A model generated the notes under the pieces. That model did not search any database. It had not been told where the DNA came from and was given only the letters and a program-made list of their open reading frames with translations. A stretch of 64,000 nt of DNA, taken from positions 9,610,001-9,674,000 of the forward strand of contig OZ176052.1 in NCBI GenBank assembly GCA_964247055.1, written 5' to 3'. Made by a program: the position numbers and the translations under genes. This document shows, piece after piece, positions 27,011-39,600 of this stretch. Position 1 is the first letter of the stretch. Every line of letters begins with the position of its first letter. This DNA comes from Paragordius varius (lineage: Eukaryota; Animalia; Nematomorpha).

Positions 27011-30000
27011 TACCTTTTAATAACTTGTAGACGATTACGTGGGGTAATTTTGGACCCCAGACCTTGTTAAAATTTAATTAAACATTGTTTTTTTATTAGT
27101 TATTAAATCTTAAATTTTTTACAGTTTTCTAAATTCTAATATAGCTCAAAATCGGGATAGCTTCAAAACCCTATTGAAACAAATAGCTGATTTTACAATA
27201 AATAAATATCAAAAATTGCTGCTAAAATGACTTTTGTAAGCTTTTAAAAAAATTAATATTTTAACCATAATACAGTTATATGCCTGTTATAGCATAAAAA
27301 ATAAAAAAAAGGTGGTGACAAGTAGTTTGGTATTGGGTTTATTTTTTAAATTTTACATTTAAAATTTTTCATTTACTACGCACCTAAAAGGCTAAAGAAT
27401 GGATTTTAAATTTAAGTCTGATATCACAAATACTTCTAAGTTAACATCGCTCTGGGAAAACTTTCCCAAAAGATAATGACGTGTTTAAACTCTTTCTTGA
27501 TAACAAATTTATTTTAATTTAATTAGGTCTTGGCTGATACAATTTCAATCAATGTCAAATTTGTAGTATTTTACGATTTTATCAACTCTAGTCTGCATAT
27601 TTTAAATTTTAATAATAGTAAAAAAAGTGTAAAAAAATAACATTTGGATACAACACATTCATTTCAGTACTTCGTTTAGAATTAGGCTTTGGGGACCACG
27701 ATTTAAAATTAAATATTTCTAAAAATATGGAATGAAACCATGGCAAATGTTTGTACTTATTTAACATTAATGCACCGTAAAAAAGAATTATTTAAAAAAC
27801 TTGATATTACTTATTTTATGGATAAACCCGCTACAAATTTAGCCAACTTGACATATGAGCATTAGCTAAATAAATAATGAAAAATAACAATTTTTTCTGT
27901 TGATATTTATGTTAGATGTAATTTAATTAAAAAATTACCGTGAGTTTTAGCGTTAAAATCAAATAAACGAGAATTTTTTGCGAAATTGTTCCTAAAATGG
28001 CGTCAAAGCAGTTTGATATGGAATTTTTATTCAAAATAAAATTTTATTTAGATATTTTGGCTTATTGGGATAGAAGCATAAATGAAACCGTTTCTTTTGG
28101 TAATTTTTTAGAAGTATCAAATTATAGTGGGTTTTTTTAAATAGGCTAACATGAATTGAAGTGTTAAATAAACAAAATTACTGTTAAAGTATATACAACA
28201 TATGTTTAATTTTAATCATCTGTGTTGTTTATGCCATAAGCTACTGTAAATGACGCAATTTAACTTAACATAAAAATAAAGTAATAAAAAAGATAATAAT
28301 ATCAGAATAATTCCCTGAAAAATATTTAAGACTGAAGATATTTTTAAATAATTGGAGGAAACATTGAGGGGACAATGACAAATATTATAAAAAGAAACAT
28401 AAATTTAATTATAATGCGGTATTGAAATATTTAAAGGTAAGTGGTTTGAAGTGTTTAAGGGTTGACCTGTTAGTATCAATGGTATCCATAAACTAAAAGT
28501 TTAGTTTTTTATTTGTATAACAAAAACAGCATATAATAATTTTGGTATTTTAAAAAAAGGCTTTACCCAGTTTTAATATTAGTTATTTTAATTTGACAAT
28601 AGGGTTATATTGGGGCCCGCTGCTGTAAATTTACATTATATTACCTGTATAAGTGAGAGATTTTTGTTTTAAATGATTTTTAATTCCAAATGAAATAATA
28701 AAAATTAATTTATAAATACATAATAATAAAATTTCTTTTGACTCGCCTACTTAAAGACAACCGCTAATATTGCTATTATAAGTATGTCATCTAAATGACC
28801 GCTGATAAAATTGTTAAAAAAGGCACAATAAATTAATAGTTAAGCGTGTCGTAAAAAATGGTTCTTTTAAAAATATCATTTTTTAATTTTATGAACTTAA
28901 TTCACCAACTGCCATCCAAAAAGATATCAAAGTTAATCAACTTAATTAAATACTAACAAATTTAACAGAGCCATTCTTTGAATGTGGAATTTCGCATCAA
29001 TTTAATAATGATAACACATGATTAAAATTTAATTCATTTAAACTTTAATTAAAGTAATATATTTTTTAATTTAAAAATAGCACTTTTGATTAAAAAGGTT
29101 TTTTTTCACAAACGAATTTTTTTTCAAAGAAACATAGCTTCAAGAATAATTTAGAGTAAGTACTTTAATTTATATCACTAAAAAGTGCTTTATCACATAA
29201 GTTCAAAAATGTAGTTGTGAAATGGCATTCTTTGAAAATTAAATATGAATAGTGCCGTCAAATTTAGAGGTTTACTTTAAACGTAAAAAATATTTTGTAT
29301 TTGTATTCATGGTCCATTAAAATTCGAAAGATTGGGAATCTAAAACCATACAAGAGAAAAACAAAAAGCGCCAAATAATTATAATTTTGCTTAAAATAAT
29401 TTTACATCCTATGGTATGGGCATAAAATTATCTTATATGAAATTTGCTTTTTTAAACCAATTTTGCGCAACATATGTAGCATAAGTAGGGTTGTGCATTT
29501 GACTGCTTTTTTAAAAAAGTCCGGTCAAACCCAGTCAGACCATGGCCATGACCACTTTTTACATAAGTAAATATCATGTGATATTGGATTGTGAAAATAA
29601 TGTTCGTACGACAATTGCGTTTTACTAATAATGTCATGTTTTTTCTAAAAAGTTTATATTATACATTTTTTATATTATTATTTACAGATATTTTAAATCA
29701 AAGAATTTTGTTTTTGAATAAATTTTGCCACATGTGTGTGGCCTTCTGAATCTTCAAATACATAGCTTTTAATACTGGTTACAAATAAAATTTTACCTAG
29801 TTTGTTTTAAACTTTCTTTCATCATTGAAATATCCAATTATAAAATGTTTTGTCAAAATATTTCACATATATGGAATAATTGCATATTTTGCATAGAGCT
29901 TGATTGTTTTGTTTTTCGAATAAGAAAAATGCTAATGTTATTGCATGTTTAACAATTTTATTTTGTTAAATAGGCATATATAAATATTTAAATTATATTT

Positions 30001-32671
30001 TTAAAAAAATATTAAAAAACAAACTCTTACTATTTCTCGTCCAAAAAAATTTACCACCAATTTTTCAAAAAAACAGCTGTTTTTTTGGTCAAAAAATAAA
30101 TAGTCACTGACCTGGTCCATTGATGACTTGGTCAGCAGAACCCTAAGCATAAGTGATATTATGAATGCATCGACCATGGTAAGTCACTTTTAAAAAGCCA
30201 CTCTGTTTAGCCCGACTCCCCGTATTTTCACGCAAAATCAAAGCGTTAAAAACTCCTTTGAAGCCTTTTTACCGTACAATGTCTGAAAACATATAAATTA
30301 GATATTTTGAGCATAAAGCTCACTTGAGAAAAGGCCCACTTCTGGTAAAGTAGGCTTTCGCAATATCATTATTTCAAAAAGTGCAAAACAAAAAATGTAT
30401 ATCATGGCCATTTGTAATTCAATACATTGATTGAGCTACTATTAAAATTTTCCATATCCAGCTCCACTAGAAGTTATTTCAATAAATCGTAAAATACAAA
30501 TAGCAGTAGTGTGCAAAAAATATAAATTTATTCCGTTCAAAGAAATAACATCTTATAAATGGAAATTTTACCTGGTTTGATCAACTTTGGATTTGATTTG
30601 TTACCCACTATGTTAAAAACCAGGGGTTTCCTAAAAAAAGTCCCTAAATCGGGCTTCATAACATTTTTTCAAAAAAAGTTTAGACATATCGAAAGCTGAC
30701 CTTCATATTTTGCCAAATTATTTTTTCTGGCAACTGCAACATTTAAAGTAAAACAAAACCCCATAAAGCTTTTAAATTCTCAGAAATTAATATTTATCAA
30801 TATAATTTAGCAATAAGGAAATGTTTTTTAAAAATTTGTGTTCGCTATAAAATAAATTGAAAAAATGGCCAATGCGTAGAGGCATTTTGATTGAAATATT
30901 TGCATTTGCAAAAAATTAATTCAATTATCTCGTGTCATAACTAAAAAACATGGCTAATTTTAACTTTAATGGTTTTCTTTGAGATTCAAGTCAAGAATAA
31001 AAAGTTAGTAATAGTTTTATTTTTTAAGCAAATAGGATAGTAAACTCAGTATACTGTGCAAAAACCTTTAATGTGAGGCTTTTTAAACAACAAAATTCGT
31101 AAATTTAAAAATACAAAAATTTTAACCGCTTTTGATTCAAACTTATCGAAACAAAATTTTTGTACTTCATCATTATCGATAAACAAATAGCCATTTTAAT
31201 TGATGAAAAAAAATTTACAAGAAAATTATTAAAATACTTTAGGTTTTCTTACTTCTAAAATTTTTGTCAAATAAATCTGAATTTCTCTATTAAAAAACTA
31301 TAATATTTTTGACCCAAAATTTGGTATGCATATACATAGTACAAAAAATAATATCCTAAATATAAATATATATATGTATGGAAAAATGTATCACGGTGTC
31401 CATATGCTTTTAGGGCATATTTAAGAAAAGAATTGACATTTTTTTGCTAACTGCTCTATATCAAAAAATGGCAAAATTAGCTCATTATACTAAATTAAAA
31501 CATTTTGATAAAAGCGAGAAGCATTATCCGAAAAATATCATTAAGATATATCGAACTATCTCTAAAAAGCAAATCATTATTTATACTAAATTTAATAAGA
31601 CGTAGTCACTCGCAAATTGTCGGACCCCTCTAAGGACTCTTTAAACGCAAGCAGAGATTGCGCGATAAGGTATAAATATGTGGTCATGACATCAAAAAAG
31701 GAAATTGTTAAAAATGTATACATTGCTTTAAAATTTAAGTTTTAGCAAAATTTTGTTAAAGTGCACATCATGTTAATTTGAAGCATGACGGAAACTATAA
31801 AATCGATTCGAGATATTATAAAACACCTTTCTATAAAGTTTGATGATGCTCAACATTAGTATCAACTCAAAACTTCGAATAAAAGATTCGTTCATACTCA
31901 AATTTAGGTTAAATAAATATTATGTTTTTTTAATAAAATATACCCATATTAGTTAGCAACCTTGTAAAATTTCAAAGTAATAGAAATGTTGGGCATCATT
32001 TATTTTAACTAAAAATGTTTTTATAATATTTTAGACTTAGAACTTAATACTGTTTCCACCAAGCTTCAAAATACCAATAAGTGCTTTCATTTTGGGCGCA
32101 TTAATAAACATATAAAAATTGATTTGCAAAAAAATACTCTATTCAAGTTGATGCCTAATTTTTAATTTTATTCTAAAATAGATTTTTATGGCAAATTTTC
32201 AATAATTATTAATTTTTAGAATCAGTCAGCTGTTTGTTCTATTTGATTTAGGAAATATCAAAATTGGACACAGTATAAGTTACAAAATTGTATTTAAATT
32301 TTTTTTATTCCAAACATAAATTATATTCAACTTGTATTGCATTTTATTAAAAATCAGCATTTGGGATAAAAACCATTCTAAAATATATTTTTTATGTAAA
32401 AAATTGAAAATTATTAATAAAGTGTTAACCTTTTTATCTTAAATTTTTTAAATAATCTATATACCAATAAATAGCTAGCTGTTTACTGTAGCAACTTTAA
32501 TTAGCTAAAATTTCCTTACAGCCATAAGGATAACATATGGTTAAACTTTGTTTCTCTAGCGTATTGTTAAAACGCCGCAATTAAGTCTATAACCATTAGG
32601 GCTGCAAACCTTATTTATGATATCGTTTTTGTATTTCTACACGATATATGCTTTACTTAGAGCACTTACAT

Positions 32672-32917
32672 CAGGGGGGTGTCAAATTTGCGGCCCGCGA
32701 AAAATTTGCTCCATAATTTGCAAAATATGCTCAGAAAATCAGTAAAATGGATATTTTAATTTTTTTAATTAAGATTATATAATTGGAGAACGATGAAAAA
32801 AATGTTGCATTCTGTTTGCATTTTACAGTTTTATGTTTAAAATCTAATAAATCCTTAAAGAAAGGCCATATATATATGAGATGCGGCCCGCGAAGCCATT
32901 TGTGTTAGACACTCCTG
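32672..32917. mobile_element. hAT-type MITE (246 bp)
   Basis: Termini CAGGGGGGTGTCAAA / TTAGACACTCCTG, GCGGCCCGCG subterminal motifs; 8-bp flanks ACTTACAT / CCTTACAA (2 mismatches). Confidence 0.78.
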
Positions 32918-35900
32918 CCTTACAAATTTAATTCAAAAATTTTATGAAAAATCATATTTAAAAATGTATATACCTGAGCTTAAATTATGGATAGGTAAGG
33001 CGTTATTTCAATTCACAAATATTCTTGATGACAAAAGCGAATTTCGATATTAAGTATTTGAAGGCTAAAACGGTTATTCTCACGATGATGCAATAAAAAA
33101 ATTAACAAGGTTAAAAGTATATGATACTTGGTGCTTGTATGCAGACTTTTTTTAATCCTTATAATAAAATAAGCATATTAACATTAATTTTTATCCATAA
33201 AAATAAATAGTATATCATAAATGTTAACATCAATGTTATGTAAAACAAGTTAGATGAAATGTAGCGTCGTCCAAATACTTTGCTGTATGCTATGTTAAAA
33301 AACAAGAATAATATCTGTCTAAAAAGTCTGTGAAAACTGTTGTCAACAGGGGAGATAATTAAAATGAGAGGAGAGTGTTAGTTCTCAACAAATGCATGCA
33401 CTTGCATTCTTAGTGTCTGTTTAGTGTGCTATTTATAGCGGTTTATATATATGTGCGTGTCCATGTAGAAAATTCGTATGTTAGGACACACTGAAAATAG
33501 AAATAGTAATAAGAATCATAATAAAGAATGAACGATAATATCGATTTTCAGTTCCAGTTTGAGTTTAAAATTACTTATTATTGTTGTTGTCATAAAAAAA
33601 ATTTGTGTTCAATTAAAGCTTCATAACATTTCATTTTGGCATCCAAATTTTCGATTAATTTTTTATTTTTGCTAAAAAATATCCAATTAGCAGGAAAGAA
33701 CGTAACGGATATCAATTAATAAATTAATTAAATGTTTAAAACGAGTTAAAAATATAAAATTAGATTTTTTAGCCACCGTACACCACGTTTAAAAAATACG
33801 AAAATGCGAATGGTTAAAGGAGCAATTAAAAATTTAACATGAAACATACAAAAAATATCATTTAAACATTAATTTTGTAAAGAAATTATGTAATTCACTC
33901 TTGATACTTAGTATATAAAAAGTCTATATTTATTTACCATTTGTTAAATCAATCAATCATAACGGAAAAAGATTAGTTTTTGTTTATTTTGCCTATATAT
34001 ATATTTAAAAATATATGTATTTGGACGATAACATTGATTTAAAAATATGATTAACAAATGAATAATAAAGCGGCTTGTAGCTTTATAAATTTGCTGTAAA
34101 TACTTTTACCTACCATAATAATCGTAATACAATATTCAAATATTTTTTCCTCGTATATTGTGTTCATTTTATTTAAACTATAAAACTTAAAGGTATATCT
34201 AGCTATCTATGATGTGAAATTGTGTGTATACACAATAAAAAACGTATAAAATATTTACTTTTTGTATATATTCAAAAAATATTACACGATATACTAAAAT
34301 TTTATTTCCTTATATATACTTTTATAACACTATCAAAATCAATTTATTTTAGCTAAATTTTTTATATAATTTAAAATTAATCATATAGAATATCTAATAA
34401 ATCAATAAACTTTAAATCATGGTTTTAATTTTTTTAGACTTTTTAAAAACGATGTTCAAAAATTTATTTAAAAAATGAAATTTATTAAAATAAACATAAC
34501 TGGTATCCAAATTTTCCAGTCTTTTTACACTTCATCGTTTATATTTAAATGTAATTACCATCTAATACTTTACGCAACTTTAACAATTATTTTTTTTAAT
34601 ATTAAATAATTATAGGTAATTAATCATTTATAATTTGGCATAATTGCGTGTCCAGGTGTGTTAACGTGGCCAAAAATTTAATAACCATTGTTTAATAATA
34701 ATAATTATTTAGTAAACATCATAAAAAAGAAAAAAAAACGTATTATCTCGTCCCCTGGATAACAACAATAATAAATAGATATTATTATAGCTCATTAAAT
34801 ATTCTCAAGGTTAACTTTCTTTTTCCAAAAAATACACTAGTGTGGACAGCTTCGATTTTTCTATGTTAAAAATAATGACGCGACAGACAAAAAACCATAT
34901 ACCATAACAAACACAGGACAGGCTTAGAAATTATTATCGTGCAAAAGATTATATTTAATTTAAATTATTATTCGCAGGAAAGCGTTATTTGGATAACGTT
35001 TATGTGATAGCCACAAGTCCACTTTTAATTATTGAAAGTTAAAACTAATTTTTGACAAAAAAATTTTACAGTAAACAGCCATATAATTGATATGGATCTC
35101 TTAAATTTTTAATATGGATGGAATAATTTAAATAGGCGATTATAATTTTTTTATTTTTCACTTTCTTAAATTGTACAAAAAAAATTGTTCCCTTTAACAA
35201 ATGAAAAGACCCATAAAGTATTTTCATAAAGGGCACCAAAAGTAATTTACAAAACACAATAAACTTTATTTTAAAATTAATGTAATACATAGTCACCAAG
35301 AAATGTTGATATGTTTTTTATCGCTAATTACTAAATTGATTAAATAATATAATAGTTGGTGTTTTAAAACACTTCATCACAAATGATGTCATATCTTTCA
35401 ACATCAAATAAGGTGATTTTTTATAATTATTGTTAGAAAAACGCACAGATTGTTGAAACAATATCTAAAATTTGATTTGAAATCATATCAATTTTTAATT
35501 TAATGATTTTACACCAGGCTAAAATTTAGAGAAGCTCAAATGTGTACATAAAGAACATTAATATCGCTTACATAACCTTTTACTTCAGTCACGTAAATAT
35601 TTTATTAAATATGTAAATTTTATCTTTACGGTAGAATCTCATATAGAAAATGAGACGAAATATAAAAATGATACTAAATTTTACTAAACCATTAGTGGGT
35701 AATTGTTTTTAATATAGAGATAACTTAGTTGACAGTTAATATATTAGCAATCTCAATTCAAAGTCCGGCTTAATGTCATTTACCCAAATTTAAATTTAAA
35801 TATTTGTTTGATCCTAAATAAAGTTGACCAAGCTAGATAATAGATTAAAACTTTTATCATCAAATAGTTGCTATTGGGTAATGATTAAAATGAATTTACT

Positions 35901-36696
35901 ATTATAGAATAAAGCTAAGATGTTTGCCCCTAGAACATTTAGTGAAAATAACCTTACTGTGCGATAAAATATATATACATTCAATAATAGGTCAAATTTA
36001 GAGGTCCGATTGTTGAATCATAGATAGATAAAATGACTAGTTTTAGAATCCAAAAAAGCAGTTCAAATAGCTTAAAAGAGAAATAAAGGCAAACCAAAAG
36101 CGTCACGCGGCTAATTGTACAGCTAGTTAGCTATTGTTGCTAAGTTTTATCAGAGTATAACGCTTAAAATATATAATTTCATTATAATAATATTTAAACA
36201 TAAATTGAACATTTTAATATTTTAAAAGATTTTCGAAAGGTGTTTTTGCGGTATATGTGAATAAATCACTCAATGAAATTTATGCCGAAACTATTCAATA
36301 ATCTAAATGTAAATTTTAAATATAAAGTGTTGAAACAAATTAAAAAATATCAAAAATTTAATTTCAAATCTAAATTTTAGCCAACTGTTTTTAACGTTCC
36401 AGTGACATAGTAGAAGATAAATATTAGAGTTATTTGACGTAAGACAACCCTTTTTTCATAAAAATCTTATATATTACATAAAGATCAGCCATAAAAGTAG
36501 GAATAAAAATATATTAATTTATTTGGTAGATTCTTCATATACAGTCAAAAGTTTAAAATTTATCTAGACAACGGTACTATATGAGCATCAATCATGTTAA
36601 CTTTGTTCTTGGGTTAATTGCATTTTTACATATATATATATATATATAGCTTTTGGGTTAAAATCAAATAGATTTTTTCTCGTGATTTATAAATTA

Positions 36697-39600
36697 TTAT
36701 ATATTAAGTTTGGCAATGTCCCTTTGTATGCTAAAAGATGCGGCTAGAAAAAATGCTGCACCACAAACTCCCATGAATGGTGTGAGAAAAAGAGCATATT
36801 GCAGAGCTCTGAAGCGTTCAGCAAAGCTAGCAATCCTGTTTGAATTTGTTAAATTTTGTTTAAAACTAAATGTCTCATAAACAATGTTGGTTTTGATTGA
36901 ATTGCCTAAATTATTGCCAAAGAATTGTTCAGTTGGAATCGTAGTCATGGCATTTGTTTCATAAAGTGCATTGCTTGGAAATAGGTAGTCGTTAGTAAAA
37001 TTAGGGCAACTCCCGCAACCTAAATAAAGATAAACATACAAAATTAAACTTTATTGTTAATTAAATTTACGGGGAAAATGGCCCAAATAAAAGTGTATCG
37101 TATATCTTTTGCGCCACTATAACCCATATTAGACATTTCAAAGCAATGAGGGTTAGGACCGATCTAACCGCTTATAAGTGCAGTCATTTATGATCATAAG
37201 CAGCCTTTATACTTCATATGTAAAATATATTTTGTTGTTAAACAAAATAAATAATGTTAAGGAACTCATGGTTTAAATAGTTCCGTATTATGTTAATAGA
37301 AAATTAACTAAAATTTATACCCTAATATGATAATTATCTATATGTTTTGCCTGGTTATTTTTAAAGCTTTCACACTCACGGTTAAGAATTCAATTAAAGC
37401 CGGAAACCGAAAATCTAAGACCTTATTAAACTGCCAATTAATATTTTAGGCTTATTTTCCCTACTTATAATTTTGCATATTACCCAATAGTTTTTGATGC
37501 GCAAAAGTCGACGAAAAAGTGTTTGGTGGAATGTCAATGATAGTGTTATTATCTTGCCAAGGTGTATATAGCGTGTTATAGAGGAGACCAGTTGAGATAG
37601 CGCCCACGATATAAGCACTACTGGCATCACCCAAAGCATGAGAAATCAACATTTGAGCAGCCTGACCTTGCGTCCGCAGTGTAGAGGGAACGACCGCAAG
37701 AGTCATATCAACCACCAAAGCCCAACATGAACAATACAAGGCTTCGGCCACAAAAATTGCACCCCATACGATGCATTGTGTTAAGAGGTAACCACCTAAA
37801 AACACGAATATCAGGGGGAATTAAAAAATAAAATTAAAACGCGAATAAAAAGTTTATATGTAGATTGTCTATAAAATTGGAATGTTTAATAAATATAAGG
37901 CTGTGAAAATGAAGCATATTTGAGATACGGTCTTAGTTAAAAATATGTATTATTGGTTTGGCCCAGTTATTGGGATTCCATGGATTAAGTTACGATATAT
38001 GTCTCTATCATTTGTTGCGTTTCGAGGTATATTCAGGAATTTAAAGTCTTGTTCTATGATTTGAGTCCAAGTTGTTTTAGGCCTCCCTTTACGGTTGGGG
38101 GCAGAAATCTGTAAATCAAGAATTTCCTTTGCAGGTGAGTCTGTTGTGTCCAAAATACCAAAGTCTATTTGTTCTGATAAAAGCTGTTATTGGTAGTTCA
38201 ATGGTAGGATTTATCATCATATATTTTAGCATTTTGTCTTCCGTTCCTTTCAATCTCGATTTTAATGTTTTTGTGATTGCCCAGGTTTCGCTGGCGTAGT
38301 AAGGGTAGGGCGGACACCCACTTTATACATTTTGATTTTATTTTTTACGGTTAGGTCTTTATGTGTCAATGCATATTTGAGTTGGTTAAATTTTGCCCAA
38401 CCGAGTTTGATTCTATGTGATATGTTTATAATAATAATGGATTACATAAGCAGAGACTTTGCAGCTGTTCCACCATGGAACATGCTGTACGCCGACGACT
38501 TGGTTATAACAGCAAAAACAGCTCATGAACTGAAAAGTTCATACCTTAAATGGAATAACTGTTAATGGGCTAAAAATAAACATAGAAAAGACGAAAGTAA
38601 TCACAGGAGATGAAAAAAGAACCATAAAATACCCTTGTTCCATTTGTTACAACGAGGTTAAAACAAATTCCATTCTATGTACATTGTGTAAAATGTGGGT
38701 CCATAAAAAATGCTCTAACTTGAAAGGAAAATTAGTCGACAATAAAAATTTTAAATGCCAAAGCTGTATATCAGAGAAACCAAACATCCCTAAATCAAGG
38801 GAGTTTAGTATCGAAGATTGTAGGTTCGAAATCGTCAACGATTTCACCTATTAGGTAATATCAGTAATAATAATGGGGACCCTCAAACAACCATATCACA
38901 TAGAATCAAACTCGGTTGGGCAAAATTTAACCAACTCAAATAAGTATTGACACATAAAGACATAACCGTAAAAAATAAAATTAAAATGTATAAAGTTAAA
39001 AATATGTTTGTAATAATAATTTTTAAAATTTTAAAAAAAATTCGAGATAATGATTAGTATTAAATATTTTAACCACAAAATATTAGGCGTTTGCAAAAGC
39101 ATTAAATCATCTACACTGTCCCATCCCACGATAAATAATTTTTTAAAAAAATGAATCACACGCAACTTTTTATAAAAAAATATTTATAACAACCCCAAAA
39201 AGTTAAAAGCGAATAATTTGCTGCAGTGAAACGAGATAAATATAAGGCTGCTAAAAGGATGGGTGATCCAATTAGAAGGGCAAACCCGCACACACGAGCA
39301 TCCGTATCAGATTGTAATTTATTGCATTGATTAGAGTTTGTTGGAATGGAAATAGGCATTGCGTTTCCTGTTTCAAAAGGATTATTTAACGTTTCTTCTT
39401 CATTCAGTTGCATTGAAATGATTTGTGGATTATTGTGTCTGGTAAAATTTATATATGAGATTACAAAACTTACAGGATATAAAAATATTAATAAGATTCC
39501 TATATCCCATTTAGATTTACAATTTTTCACCTTCTTAAAAAAAGTAATCAAACAAAGAATTTAACAAAATCGCATATAATCAATCAATGTATACATTTCA

